NCBI RefSeq assembly: GCF_000143415.4
Contig: NW_003314315.1
Span: 1,177,514 to 1,241,513 of the forward strand
Direction: 5' to 3'
Length of the DNA stretch: 64,000 nucleotides
Origin: Selaginella moellendorffii
Lineage: Eukaryota > Plantae > Lycopodiophyta
In this document: piece after piece, positions 33,984-47,736 of the stretch
Position numbering within the stretch: position 1 is the first letter of the stretch
Layout of the letters: every line of letters starts with the position of its first letter
Notes under the pieces: generated by a model
The model's input: the letters and a program-made list of their open reading frames with translations, nothing else
Database searches by the model: none
What the model was told of the DNA's origin: nothing
Position numbers and translations under genes: made by a program

Positions 33984-34246
33984 TGTTAACAAGGAAAGTA
34001 TATAGGTTACCTCCACCTTATAAAGTTTTGCCAGCCTTCTCCACTCCAAAGTTCTTCCCAAATGAACTCTTTCTTCCAACTTTCTTCTTCATCTTCCTTG
34101 AGATTTTTGAAATGCTCCACTACTTCTAGCACTGATTTTTGAGGAACACGAAGAACAAAGTTGATCTTAGCAAGCATTGTTACAGGTATCAGCGAAAAAT
34201 TCCAAGCTTTTTATTCCAGAGAAGGAGAAGAAGAGTTTCTACATCT

Positions 34247-36115
34247 CTACGATGCCAAGCTCCATCCACGCTCTGCCAATGCGGCACGAACTCTCTCCGC
34301 CGCAGCGGCATTGTCACTCAAAGGAGGATAGCTCCAGCTCTCAGATATCTGATCAAGATCATCACAAACAACAAAGAGAATCAATCACTCTGGAGCGTAA
34401 AAACATTTGCACTCACATCTTCTAGTCCGGTGAAGTTCCTCGCCACTCCTTTGTGTCTCAAGCTCTTGTGGAAACTTCGAAACTTCCACGTACATCTCTC
34501 GGCTCCAAGAACATACACGGGCTTCCTGCAGAAGTTGAAAGAACAAATCAATGAAGAAATATAGCATGGATACGAACAGTTCACACGCTCACCCTGTGCT
34601 ACACGCCTCGCTCAACATGCTGATTGAGTCTGCTGTGACGACAAAGGCATCCCCCCACGCAAGGTGTCCCAAGTGTGGATTTGGACCTGCTAGACAGCAA
34701 CTGCTAGATTATCAACGTAAAGAGCTTCGCAAATGGGACAGTGCTACCAGTGCCGTCGAAGATGTGAACGTTTGGGAGATCGCCGAGCTCTCTCTGGATA
34801 ACATCACACACCTGTCAAGTCCAGCAAAAGCTTAGCATTTCTTCAATCTAGAATCGAAAACAACCTTAGCCGGTGTTCGTCGTGAATATGAGATGCGAAC
34901 ACTTCCGCACGAGGATAGCACGCGTTTCAGCTTGGACGCAAGTTCCTGGGCAAGGTCCTGGCCATAGTGACAACATCCTGGATCAGAGTAGAGAGGAAGA
35001 GCGAGTAAAACGAAAGACCGATGAGAACAAACGACTCACGCATAGGCCCGCCGATGTTCACAATCAGCAATGGCTTTGGAAGCGGCGCGAGCAGTGAATG
35101 CCAGGTTTCTGCAGCTGAGCGCAACATGGAAGGATCCGCAAGATGTAGAGCTCCCACTGTAAGCACCTGCCAAGCGGAGCAACACAACACGTAAGAAACC
35201 AAACAATGAAAGCGAGAGAGAGGAGAAAACTTACGACGCGTTTATCAGGAGGTTGGTGTGGAGTAAGAAACGGTATCAAGAATCTGGGAGCTTCCTGTCG
35301 CGCAGCCGGGCTGAGCGTGTAATAGTCGTGAACGGGTGTGATGACCATGTCGAAGTTATCCAAGCAGCGCCTGGGGTGTTGTATCTAAGCACCAAAAAAA
35401 TGCAAACTAAAGGAAAAGAGAAGGTAAAGAAAGTGTGTAGAGAACCCACACATACCTGAACAACAAAGGTAGCGCCAGGAGCCAGCTTCTTCACACTCTC
35501 GGCAATGGAAACCGTGTCACGCCCGGCCGCAAGAACAAGCAAAGGTCCATTCCTAGAAGCAAGCAAGAATCTCCGTAAGTTACTCGATCCCAAAACGCAA
35601 TTTTGCAAGGAAGTCCAAAGTAGTACCTTGCACTCTCCAGGTTTGCCAGATCGGCTAGTTTCCTCGCATCGGCTGCTTCGATGCCACTCAAACCCGCGCT
35701 ACTGATGCCAATGGTTTTCTGGCTTTGGAGCCGGAATCCCAGCGAAGTAGCAAAGCGTTGCCACCATACAAGATGCAAGTGCCGCACCAAGCAGTCGATC
35801 TTCTTGTGAATTCCAAGCGGCAGCCATCGGAGCCAACGATTGAATTCACCCTTTGGCCGATCCACACGCTGGAAATTCCCACATAACACACTGCAAGAAA
35901 ACAAGCAAACAAGCAAAAGAGCTCACATAGATGGTGTAGCTGCTGGCAAGGCCGAGCGCCCGGACCAAACCAATGGATTGATGCTCAGCTCCAGCGGCGC
36001 CATTGCCGATGATGACCGCGCGGCGCACCACAGTCGACAATCCCCGATCGAAAATCTCTGGCGTCGCATGGCTCACGCTCACGCCCGGGGGATCGGGCAA
36101 TCTGATCGCTCTCAT
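34247..36115 (-). CDS. ELM1: Mitochondrial fission protein ELM1-like, multi-exon
   Basis: RRAVIIGNGAAGAEHQSIGLVRALGL; AAGRDT; VVQ..HP; LLIVNIGGP; HLAWGDAFVVTADSISMLSEACSTGKPVYV. Confidence 0.9.
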
Positions 36116-36428
36116 ACCAGCTCCTTAAACCCTAGCTTGTTAGGTCTTTAGCCAATGTGGCACCATGTTATTCGACCACGTCGATTTTAAATTTTCATGT
36201 GGCAGGAGGCTATTGGCAAAGTCCAGCCACATCAGCTCCCAAGTAAGTTTATAAAGGTAGCACTTTTATAACTTCAATTACCATGAGATCTTCTCTCTCC
36301 TCTTCCAAAAATCCACAAATGGTGTGTGATAAGAATCTCTCTCTCGCTCGCCTTCTCTCGATAGCTAGCTAGCTCGATAGAATTACACGCGCGTCGCGTC
36401 GATCCCCATCTTTCTTCCTCGCTCGAGA

Positions 36429-38542
36429 TCACAGCCCAGCCTTCTTCTTGAGGTGCTGCTTGAAATCGATGATATCTCCCTCCCACCGCGTCACCGTCTT
36501 GTTCTCGCACACCCAGATCTCCTTGGCCACCTGGTTGATGAGCCGGAAGTCGTGACTCACCAGCACCAATCCACCGTCCCAATCGTTGAGTGCATCCGCC
36601 AGCGAGTCGATGGTCTCGATATCCAAGTGGTTCGTCGGCTCGTCCAGGAGAAGTAAGTGAGGCTGCCTCCACGCCAGCCACGCGAAGATCACTCGGCTCC
36701 TCTGCCCGTCCGAGAGGTTCCCCATCGGCATGATCTGTGCCTTGCCGGTCAGCCCGAATCGTCCCACCGCCGCTCTCATCTTCTCCTCCTCCAGCCCCGG
36801 GTACTCGGCCATCATGTACTGGAGAGCCGAGACCTCCAAGTTGAGCTTGTCCGCCAAGTGCTGGTGGAACTGGGCGATCCGGAGATGGTTGTGCCGTCGA
36901 ACCATGCCGTCCAGAGGCACCAGCTCGCCCGTCATCAGCTTGAGCAGCGTGCTCTTCCCTGCTCCATTCGGCCCGACCAAAGCGATCCGCGAGTCGAGAT
37001 CCACTCCAAAGTCGATCTTTTTGTAGATGAGGTTGTCCGGGGTGTAGCCAAAGTCGACCTCCACGAACTGGAGGACTGGCGGCGGGAGCTTGCCGACGTC
37101 CGTGAACCGGAAGACGAGCACCTTGTCCTTGACGATCTTCTCCGTCAAGCCACCTCTCTCCATCTTGGCCAGCGTCTTCTCTTTGCTCTGGGCCTGGCGT
37201 GCCAGCTTCGCAGAGCCGTGCCCGAATCTCGCGATGTATTCCTTCATCGACGAGATTTGCTCCTGCTCCCACTTGTACTGTTTCATCTGGTTCTCCTCCA
37301 GCTCCGAGCGGGTTTGGATGTACTGGTCGTAGTTTCCCGTGTAGAACTTGAGCTTCTTGTTCTGCATGTGGATGATGTTGGTGCACACGCCGTTCAAGAA
37401 GTCCTGCGAGTGCGATATGACCATCAGGATCCGGCTGAATTTCTTCAGCGTCTCCTCCAGCCAGACGCATGCCTCGAGATCTACAAACACGACAGCGAAG
37501 AAACCCATTAGAACACGCTAGAACACGCACGAGAAAGAAACAAGCGAGAAAACTGGACTCACCAAGGTGATTAGTGGGTTCGTCGAGTAAAAGAATGGTG
37601 GGATTCATAAATAGTGCCCTGGCAAGAGCAATTCTCATTCTCCATCCTCCCGAAAAATCACGAGTACTTTTAGCTTGCATCTTCTTAGTAAATCCAAGAC
37701 CATGCAAGATCTCGGCCGCTCGCTTCTCAGCAGTGGCCGAGTCCATGGCTTCTAATCGCTCATAAATCCGATCAAGTGGTTCTCCACCGCCAGCGTCCTG
37801 TGAAAGAAACGAAAGGCATGTTCACGCGGGGGAACGAAAAAAAATTGAAACTCTTTTTTGCTACACACCTGAGCAGCAAGCTTCTCGGCCTCCTGCTCCA
37901 GTTTCAAGCGCTCGTCATCGACATTCACAACAGCCTCCAGTGCAGTGAGGTCGGTTGCTTCGATTTCTCGAGTCAAGTGATAGATATCCATGTGTTCTGG
38001 GATCGGAACTTCACGGGAACCAATCGCGCTGAGAAGTGTGGACTTCCCGCAACCATTGAGCCCGAGAAGCCCATACCGTCTGCCAAGATAGCAAAGCAAA
38101 ACAATCACTGGTTTAGAAAAGAAAACCAAGCCAAAAAGAAAAGTCTTCGCTGTCAATCTAGTTCACCTTCCATAGTTGAGCTCGAGAGTGGAATCAGAGA
38201 CGAGCTCGTGTCCATGGAATGTCACGCTCAAAGATTCAATCTAGAGGAAGAAAAAATTTCCAGATTTGGGGTAAGAAAAAAAATCGAGCTGGAACAAAGA
38301 TCTCATCACCGACTTACATGAATATCTCGCGATTGAGGATGCGATGCCAACACTCCCGTACAGGTCCGATCCGTGATGCTCATCCCTTGCATTTCTTCGT
38401 TGAGGGCGGCGGCGGCGGCGCCATTCTGATTTTGCTCGTCGGCGACCTTGGACGAAGTGGCGGCAGCTGATTTAGATCCTCTCTTGGCGACGGCGGCCGC
38501 TTTCTTGGCGGCGGCTTTCTTCTTACTCGCATCCGACACCAT
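36429..38542 (-). CDS. ABCF1: ABC transporter F family protein (soluble, two ABC domains)
   Basis: [11 protein letters not shown]; GLNGCGKST; [16 protein letters not shown]...[10 protein letters not shown]; GPNGAGKST; LSDGQRSR. Confidence 0.95.
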
Positions 38543-38746
38543 CGCTCCTCCCTTTCCTCTCGATCGACCCTTGGGACGAAGAACACACCAAATATGCGCG
38601 CCTGCCCTAATCTCACTCTGGTGGTCTCTAGCATATTCTATTAGGTCGTGTAGATTCGTTTACATGGAAAATGCGGGGGCATTGCCGCGCCGAGGACGCC
38701 GAGCGCTCCTCGCTCGATCGGCATCGCTCCTCGCGCTGGATCGATC

Positions 38747-40661
38747 CTAGATGAAGTGGAAGAAGGGGATGTTCGTGGATGGGAGCCAGGAATCGCCCTG
38801 GATGAAGCTCTGGACGGTGTAGCCTAGGGCATCGGCGATGCTGAGCTGCGTCGACCAGGGCACGCGCGAGAAGGCGCTGGCGCCGGGGCCGCAGCTGAGG
38901 TACTCCGCGAAGTAGAGCGTGGCGAGGGCGAAATTTCCATCCCAGGGCAGCCATCCCTCGGGCCGGACGAGCGATTCCATGTAAGTGTGGAGGAAGATCG
39001 TCCGCGAGTAGAGTTTCCAGGGGCGGCCCAGGTAGGCGAGGTGCTTGCGCGGCTCGGCGAGGAGGCCGCGCATGTACTCCTCGGTGCCATTGACGGTACA
39101 GTTTTGGAAGACGAGGCCGGTGGGCTGGGCCGGATCGAGGCGGCCTTGCGCGGTGACGGTGCTGAGGATCACGCCCGGGTTGCCAGGGCGGACGCGGATG
39201 AGACAGTTCTGCAACACAGCCGCGGCATTGCCAAAGATGAAATCGATGGTACCTTCGATCCGGCAGTCCCTGTAGAACTGGCGGAAGGTGTGAGCGTAGA
39301 GGGTGTCCTGGTAGCCTAGGATCGAGCAGCTGTGGAAGGCCGACATATCACTGTCCACGCGAAGAGCTACTGCCTGGTGGCCCTCGGGTCCCGCGGTGTT
39401 CTCCACTGTTAAGTCACGGGCCAGGAAGCCTTTGCCGTTCACAGCTGAGAGCCACAGGACAACAACACGCAAAGGTATGTGTCAGTTCTTCTTCTTCGTT
39501 TCTTTCTCTTTTCTTTCGTGCTCGAACAAGCAAAACCATGACTTCTAACTTATGATCATTCAGGTAGTACCGACCGAGTGTTGCCGACGCGAACGTCGTG
39601 GTGCCGCCTTTGGACACGCTCATACTCCCCCGGATGATGGTCTTGTCCATCCCGTCGCCCACGAACATGAGCATCGACTTTTGGAGCGGGATCCTCACGT
39701 TCTCGGCGTAGACACCGGCTTTGATGTAAATCACGTAGCGAGCGGTGCAGTGGTTTGGCGCGTGGTCGACGGCCGCTTGGATGCTGGTGAAGATGGTGAG
39801 CTGCGGCTGGTCCGGCGTGCGGGAGACAATTGCCGAGGGAGAGATCAGTGAAGCGGGGGCTTCGAGAAGGCGACGATCGTGCATTCCCAGCCAGGACGGG
39901 GCTGAATTGCTCGTGGTATCGACCGAGAAGGAAGAAGAAGTCAAAGAAGCTTGCAGCTTTCGCTTGTGGAGAGTCGGGCGCTTCCAGTGCTGTGGATTGG
40001 AACCGTAAGAGGCGAAGGCATCAACCATGGACAAGGCATTGCTGATGAGACGGGCGACAGACTCGAGCTTGTGCATCATCTTCTTGATGAATTTGGTCTT
40101 TTTTACGACGGACAGCGACGAGGTACAGTCGGTCTGATATGTGAGAACCCCGCTGAGCCATTGCTGCATGTCTTGGACTTGCTTGTCCAGGTCGGAGGCG
40201 ACGCATTCCTGGAGCCAGAACTTGGAGGACGTGAGAAGGTCCTTGCAGTCCCGAGCGATGCCCTTGACACTTACGTCGGAGGTGGACTCCTGGATGAGCT
40301 GGTCGGCGAAGGCGTCGCTCTCGTTCACGCCTTGGTAGGCGATGGTGATTGAGATGCCGACGAGCTGCTGGGAATACTTGGCATTGGCTGCTCCAGGACT
40401 TGTCACCAGCGACGAGTAGCAAACGTCGGGGAACTGGGTTGCCTGGCAAACTAGGCTGATATTCCCGGTGGTGTTCATTGCTCGCAAGTTCCTGCCGCGA
40501 TCATCATCACCACTGGCAGTCACAACATTAGCTGCACAGAGGAGGAAGAGGAGGAAGACTAGATTTCTTAAGCAGTAGCGGGAGCAGCAGGAAGAGGAGG
40601 AGGAAACAACGTTGTGGTTGCGTAGAGACGACGAGAAAGAAGGAGAAGAAGAAGAAGCCAT
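38747..40661 (-). CDS. Pectin methylesterase with PMEI pro-domain, one intron
   Basis: C.ATQFPDVC...QWLSGVLTYQTDC; YIKAGVYAE; QAVALRV; YQDTLY; GTIDFIFG; YLGRPWK. Confidence 0.95.
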
Positions 40662-42141
40662 CACCTCACCAGCGAGCAATGCATCACCAAGGCACACACA
40701 CTCATACAACTGAAAAACAGCCGGCCCCTGGTTTTAAGAATGGAAGTGTGCCAAGGGAGAGAAAGAGAAAAGAAAGCAGGGGCATAGAAGGACAGGAATC
40801 CGGTCACATAGCTCGCCGCCAGCCTGCGAGAAGGAAAAGAAAACTCGCTCGCTCGCTCTTTCCCTCGACTGGACGGAGCGAGAATAAACTATTCTGGAAA
40901 ATCTAGAAAGAATGCGGCTGGGAAAGAAGAGGTACATATTTGCCAGTGGGAGCCCCGTGATTTTTTCTGCGACTCGTGCTACTGCAAGCACTGCTCTCCC
41001 ATGAGCGTGGTCACCGATGACAAAACGGAAAAAATTCTCTGAGCGACTACAGGTATTCACCTCCCTTTTTTCTCTCCTCCCCTCTCTCTTGATTGGTTCT
41101 TCTCGATTTCTTGAGCTGGTTTGGATTGTTGTTGCCTGGATTCTTGTCTGGCTTATTTTTTGTTTGTTTGATCCATCTGATCTTGATCTGACTGATTAAG
41201 TGTAAGACTGGTAAGTAAGTTAACGAACTGACAGTCCTGGAAATGCTCAGGCACTCCTACCCTGCGTCGTTCTCATCTCGGCATACCCCGACGAAGCAGT
41301 GGAAGCGATGAGCTCGGAGTCGTCGCGTGGTTGATAAAGTCCAAAACAAAACTCTGGAAAGCTTTAGCCCCAGCAGTGGCAGCAGCGGCAGCAGTAGCAG
41401 TAGCAGCAGCTCTATAGGTGCGTGGCTCTGGCTTCGGCTTGGTATGGTATAACTCGCGAGCTTAACTTTGCAGGAAGTGAGTGGCTGCCAACGGTGGCAA
41501 TGCAAAAAACACCAAGTGCTAAATACAATTCACTGCGGCAGTGCCGCAAATAGTGCGACGTCCCAATCCACCACAGCTTTCTTTCTCGCAAGCACATGGA
41601 AACGTTATAACTTGGCTGGGTGGCTCGCTGGGACGTGTGGGAATTGTCTTATGTGCTGGTGCTGGTGCTGCTGCTGCTACTGCGAGCAAGAATTCAAGGC
41701 AAGTAAACGATTCAACCCAACTATATGATATAGCAGATGATAAAGCTATCATGTATTGCAGGAGGGCGGTGTACATCACGGACGAAAGCCGACACAAACT
41801 ATTTCGTCTTGCGTGCGAGCTATATATCTATACGATAATTCATGTGAGCCAAGAAGCCTCGTAAGTGCCTACCAGCGCTTGCTGCAGCAGCTATATTCAA
41901 GAGTCCCACGGACAGTTCCAGGGCTACATCAAACTTATAAAGCTTCGCTAGTCTCCTCGCCCTCTGGAAAAAGTGACATGGATGCGAGAAATTATATCGC
42001 CTCTCAGGAGAGGATGACACTTCGCGATACAAAATGCTTTCTTCGGAATGGGACAGTACATGGGAGCTGTCAGGTAAATCTTTGCTTCGCAAGAAACGGG
42101 GAAAAGAATACTTATATAAGTTCCTCCTTTTGTGCAGCCGT

Positions 42142-44082
42142 TCAGAGATTATTGGCGAAGACGACTCCACTGTAAGGCAGCCAGTCGAGACCAGATATGA
42201 GCTTCCCGACAGTAAACTCCCGGGCCTGGTCCATGGTGAGGCTTGGAACGCTCCAGTACACTCGGCCTGATTGAGACGCGCCTGCTCCGGTGTTGAGGTA
42301 CTCGCCAAAGAAGACGGTCTTGTATCTGTGAAGCGGTGCTCCTTCCCACTCGCTCCAGCCAGCCGGATAGATTATCCCGCCGATGTCCGACTGCATGAAG
42401 ACGGTGGTAGCGTAGTCCTTCCAGGGGCGCCCCAGGTACGCAGGGAATCTGTGACTCTGCGCCACCAGCCGACCGGAGCCTTCCACTCGACAGCCATGGA
42501 AGCTAAAGCCCGTGTTTTGGAGATCGGTGACGCGGCCGTGCGCCGTGATCATGATGTTCTGGCCAGGATCCGGGAGCAGTGCCTGGATGTTACACCGTTG
42601 GAAGACTGCTGCAGCGTTTCCAAAGATGAAGTCGACGGTCCCGGAGACAACGCATTCTCTGTAGAAGTGCCGGCTCGAGTGAGCGTACAGGGTGTCCTGG
42701 TAGCCATTGAAGGAGCACCGGTAGAAGGCTGCTTGATCGCCACTCACCCGGACGGCCACTGCTTGGCGACCTTTGGGTCCGGCCAGGTTTCGTACGCTCA
42801 AGTGGCTGGCAACGAATCCTCGCCCATTGATCGCTGCGAATCAAGAGTTATATCATCAGTCAGGGAAGAGTTCTAGCTGAGTTCTAGCTATGGTGGTGAT
42901 ATAAAGGGAAGTGTTCTAGCGATGGTGGTGATATAAAGAAGAGTTCTGATATAAATAAAGAGTTTTTCTCTTACCGAGGGTGGCAGAGCCAAAGGTGGTG
43001 GAGCCTCCAGCGACGCTTCTTTGGCCCTGGATGATCGTCTTGTCAATTCCATCGCCCAGGAAGGCGAGATTAGTCACTGCCTTGGGTACTACCACTGCCT
43101 CGTCATAAATCCCCTGCTTTATGTATATCACATGCATTGTGCGGCTCTTGAGCGGTGCCGCGTCAATCGCCTCTTGAATGGACACGAACTGACCACTGCC
43201 ATCTTTCGCGACAATGGCATTTGCGGGCGCCATCTCGCTGGATCCCCCTTGTTGCAGCAAATGCCGCCTCTGGGCATCTGTGATCCACTCTGGGAGAGAG
43301 CCCAGTGGCGGCGAGCTGAGCAATCTCCTTCTTGTTGGAGTTCCCGGGAAGGTCTTGTCCAAGAGGGCCTTGAACGCGACGAAGAAGCTGAGAGCGTTCG
43401 TGAGGATCTCCTGGACGTACTCGGATCTTGCTTGCAGTGGCAACAGCTTCTCCTGCTGCCGCTCGCTTTCGATCGCGTCGGCGCAGGTGGTGTGGAATGT
43501 GAGCGCCGAGCTGAGCCAGGTATGGATGTTCTCCATGGACGGCGAGAAGCCCCGAAAGGATTTGAGGTCGAGGGTGTCGAGCTCCGACATGGAGTGATCC
43601 AGGTGGTCGAGTGAGTCGAGAAGATTGTCGGAGCAGTCGCCCAGTGCGTCCATGGTGGTGAGGTTGACGAGATTGGTCTGGGTTTCCAGCTCGCTGGAGA
43701 TGTTGTGGACGAGAGCCAGGGATCTCTTCACTTCCTCCACCGCGGCTGTGATTCCAAGCAGAGCTAGCTTCTTGGGATTGGCGCCTGGAGCGTCGGGATA
43801 GGCAGAGAGAGAGGAAATGCAGGATGGGGGAAATGCCGTCCTGTTGCAAAGCGCGAGCAGTGAGTTGGATGATCCAGCGTTTGCCCCCTGGCGATTGGAA
43901 GAGCTCTCCGACCTCTGGTGGGATCTGGTGACCGAGACTCCAATCCCTATGCCTAGAACCAAGACGAGCAGCAGCAATGTGGCTATGGCGGAGATGATAA
44001 CGCAGCGCTTTCTTCGCGCCTTGGCCTCTTCTAGTCTGGCTGCGTATGGATCGAAGCTATTGACGAAGTTTAAGGGCTTCAT
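42142..44082 (-). CDS. Pectin methylesterase with N-terminal TM helix and PMEI pro-domain, one intron
   Basis: TM IISAIATLLLLVLVLGIGIGV; TWLSSALT..TTC; VAKDGSGQF; QAVAVRV; YQDTLY; GTVDFIFG; YLGRPWK. Confidence 0.95.
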
Positions 44083-45960
44083 GGTTTTTAAAGCCCCCTT
44101 CTACGAGATCTATGAGAACCTGGATTGATGCTTGTTTCCCCCAGAGAGAGAAATAGACGACCGCTTTTCGTTTCCAAAACCTGTGACAAGGGAGACCACA
44201 TGATGAACAACGTGCAGCTTCTTGACATTCGTTCTTTCTTACCAACTTTGGCAATATATATTAAATGATGCATGTGCAATTTCACAGAAATATTGGATGT
44301 AAAAGAATACTCTTAAAGTTCACAGCTTGTTTATTGTAAAAAAAATGGAATGATCTAAAAATTATGTATCTAAAAGAGACACGAATGAGCGATGCCTATC
44401 ACCCACTGCTCCTCCCCAGTGTTGGAATCACACATCCATAGCTTGGATTCTTGGGCCGGGCAATGAGAAACCTTAATCCGCCGCCGTAGGCGAGCTGCCA
44501 GCGACGCTACAGTACCGTGCCAGATCCCGCCGACCTAGATTTGTGACGATTATAGCTACCAGCTCTTCGCACCATCGCCCATGGCTTCCTCGCCATTCCG
44601 AAAATGCGAAGTTTAAATCAATTGGACAAAACTGGGACACGAAAGGAGAATTTCGATCGGTCGTGGAATGAATGCCACAAAGAACTTGCTGTGCCGGGGA
44701 CTATGGAAACCGGCTGTATATACACATGCACGTTGGAATACAAGGTCATCGCAGTCGCGAAAAAAAGAATCGTAACAAGATTGAAATGGAAACGCGATCC
44801 GGTCGCAAACTTTGGTCAAACTAGTGAACTCTGAATAAGAACACTGCATTTTCGTTGGGCTTTCCGCGTCATTTCCGTACGAGGAATGATATCGCCACAA
44901 CGGTTTCCCTGTTTCCAGAAGCAATGCAAAACAAGCATGAGATTATTAACCAATCACGACAAGAAATATTGGTCAGTCGCATATGACCAGCTACGTCTCG
45001 TTCCAGGTTGACCATCCTAGGCGAGCGTTCAAGAAGAAAATGGGGATTATGATCCTTACCATGGGCTGGGGCTCTGGACCGGCCCCGATCTGCCAGTCCT
45101 TCGTCACTCGCACCACACCATCGGGAGTTCCATCCTCGCCTGCTGGATCGAGATCACCGTGTTCTACCATGGCACGCCCTTGGCAGTGGATAGCATTGAC
45201 AACATCCTGCATCCCGGGTGGTCTCGTGTTTCGGCACCCGATCTGCCGGTCACTCTCCACACATTCAGCTGCCCAACACAGATGAAGCAATTGGATATTA
45301 CTTTTCTCTTTTCCCACACTTATGCTAGTTGGTTTCTTTCATACAGGATTTGAGATCATCTTCCAGTCGGAGCTGTTGCTGCTCAAGGGCCTGCTGCCGC
45401 TGCCATTTTCATGGCGGTGCCGGTGTTTCATAGACGAGTTTGAGGGATTTGAGCGCCACTGCATTGACGCGAAGTGGCGTCCGCGAGAGCACTTGAAGTA
45501 CTATCGTCGGTCGTGTTGGCCCAGGGATGACTTGGGTATGTTTTCTGTAGAATCCTTTTTCTCGATCTCTTCAGCGTGACTTATGGCGTCGGAGTCAGCG
45601 AGGCAAGAGCAAGGTGTCAGCGGTATCAGCGACGAGGACTCTTTGTGGGTAAGAGATCATCTTGGTAATCCTGACGAGTTTTATGATCCCGCGTACAATG
45701 ACTTTGCTTGGCCCAAAGGGGGTCCCTCGATACTACTACTACTATACTAGATATGAGATTCCAACACCACGACAAGATAGAATTCCACCAGTGACGAGAT
45801 ATATTATCATTTGTACGTGAAACTTATCATCTGGTGAATGTATATCCTTTTGCATGTAATCAAAGCTTCACAATGCAAAGTGATGTGAGATGGTTCAAGC
45901 GCTTTCATCACGATCTTTGTCTTAGTGATCGAATCATATAGAAGCCAGCTTGATCTTTAG

Positions 45961-47397
45961 TTAGTCGTCGCTGTCGTCTTCACTGTCTGCATTGCACGTG
46001 AATAGCAGTTAGAATCTCTTCACTTCCACTTTCTATGCAAGCGAGCATATAAATGAAAGAGAGAGAGAGAGAAGAAAAAGAGAGATTTTGAGTACTAGTT
46101 TACCTGATCTTACATCCTTTTCGATCTTTCCCTTGTCCTCAATTTGCTTGAGAAGGACCCTCACGATCAGGATCCACCAGTAGATGTGCATTACCAAGAG
46201 CGTGATCAAAAAGGTGTTGAATCCATAGTACATGACCGGGCCGTAAGTTTTGTGTGCATTCTTATCCAAGGTGCCGACAATCTCGCGGCTACAGAAGAGC
46301 GTTGTTTTCAATTGTCATTAAAAGATTGGAAACCTTGCGGCGTCCCACGTACCAGGTGCTCCAGATGATCCAGAAAGGGAAGTAAATCAGTCGAAGCAAC
46401 ACCCAGGCGATCGCAAACATGACGAAGAAAACGCTGGAGAAGATGTCCGAGCCAGCATACCTCGACATCTTTGCCATCTCTAGAAAAATGTCGCCTGCAT
46501 CGTGTAGCGCGAGCACCATGGAGCCAACTCGAGCAAATCTGGCAAAAGACAAAGCGATCGATACGGGTTGGGTTTGGAGGAAAAAAAAAACGAACGAAAT
46601 CGAAGCCTCTACCTGCTGGGATAGGAACCAGCAATGAGCAAGAAAGTTACGACGTGGTGTGTCATGCTAACACCGAAATCTTTGCGTCGGGTTTCCCAGA
46701 ACACGAGAGCCAGCATACTGTAGATGTAGAATCCCGCGGAGAAAGTGTAGAGGAGCTTGAGCTTGAGCCTGGCAGTAAGGGGTTGATCTCTAGGCGATCA
46801 AGTAATTGCTTCAAGAGTGAAACGTGCTTACTTGATCTTCTGGTCGGGCCAGACTTGATCTCCCGGCCCGATCCAAAAGTACTTCGTGTTGTGGAACCAC
46901 GGCTCCCTGTACGTGATGAGCAACGCAAACAAATCCGCGGACGTGAAGTAGACCGCCTTCCATGCCGACTCTTTGAACTTGATCAAAGTCTTGGCAAACT
47001 GTTGATCATCGCCTTTGGCTCGAGCGATGAATCGCCTCCCAAGAACCTGGAACAAGAAAGCAAAGATTATGATGGCAGTCAAGCGCGCAATGAATGAAAG
47101 AGTGACTGGATTGGAGTGAGGACAGGGCGCGCTCACGAGTGCGCATTGAATGCACCATTCCATTCCAGCCAATCAAAGCTCGAGTTTGAGAGATAAATAG
47201 CGAGAGATTTGCCGAGAAAAGGATGGAGATGGAGGAAGCTAGAGAGATTTGGCGCTTACCTCGAATACAAAGCGGTCTAGCACGAAGCGCACTGCTGGGA
47301 AGAAGAGGCCAAAGAGTGGAACCATTGCCAAATCTGTGAGCTTGGGGTAGCTCTCCACTTCCCACCCGGGCCACCTCCACACGCCTGCCATTGCCAT
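45961..47397 (-). CDS. LAG1: LAG1-family ceramide synthase (LOH-like), multi-exon
   Basis: WEVESYP...[16 protein letters not shown]; KFKESAWK; [16 protein letters not shown]; [17 protein letters not shown]; HIYWW; ends [12 protein letters not shown]. Confidence 0.93.
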
Positions 47398-47736
47398 GGC
47401 AAACCCTAGCGAGCTCTACAAGAATTTGAGCTCCAAGGAGCTCAAATCCTCCAAAGGTAGCTCTCTTTGTTCGATTGATCGTCCAATTCCTCGAGATCTA
47501 GCTCCTCGAGATCTAGCCTATTGCGCTCGTCTGGATCTACCAGACAAGGAAGAAGTCAATCATTTGCGCTATTTGCGCGAAGCAAAGGTTTTGACTTCTT
47601 CCTTCTTCCAGTGTGGGTGGCAATTCCAGTCCAATTCGATCGAGAGAGTGGAACTCATTGGAATTTGGAATGCGCGAGCAATGAATGAAGAAAGAGATGG
47701 CTAGGGCTACTTAGGGCTCTTCGCATTCTTTCAAGA

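Noticed and set aside
36274-37746. 490-aa and 284-aa alternative-frame ORFs over ABCF1
   Set aside because: Shadow ORFs caused by GC-rich codon usage and intron read-through; similar antisense ORFs overlie the PME, CYP51 and PPR genes.
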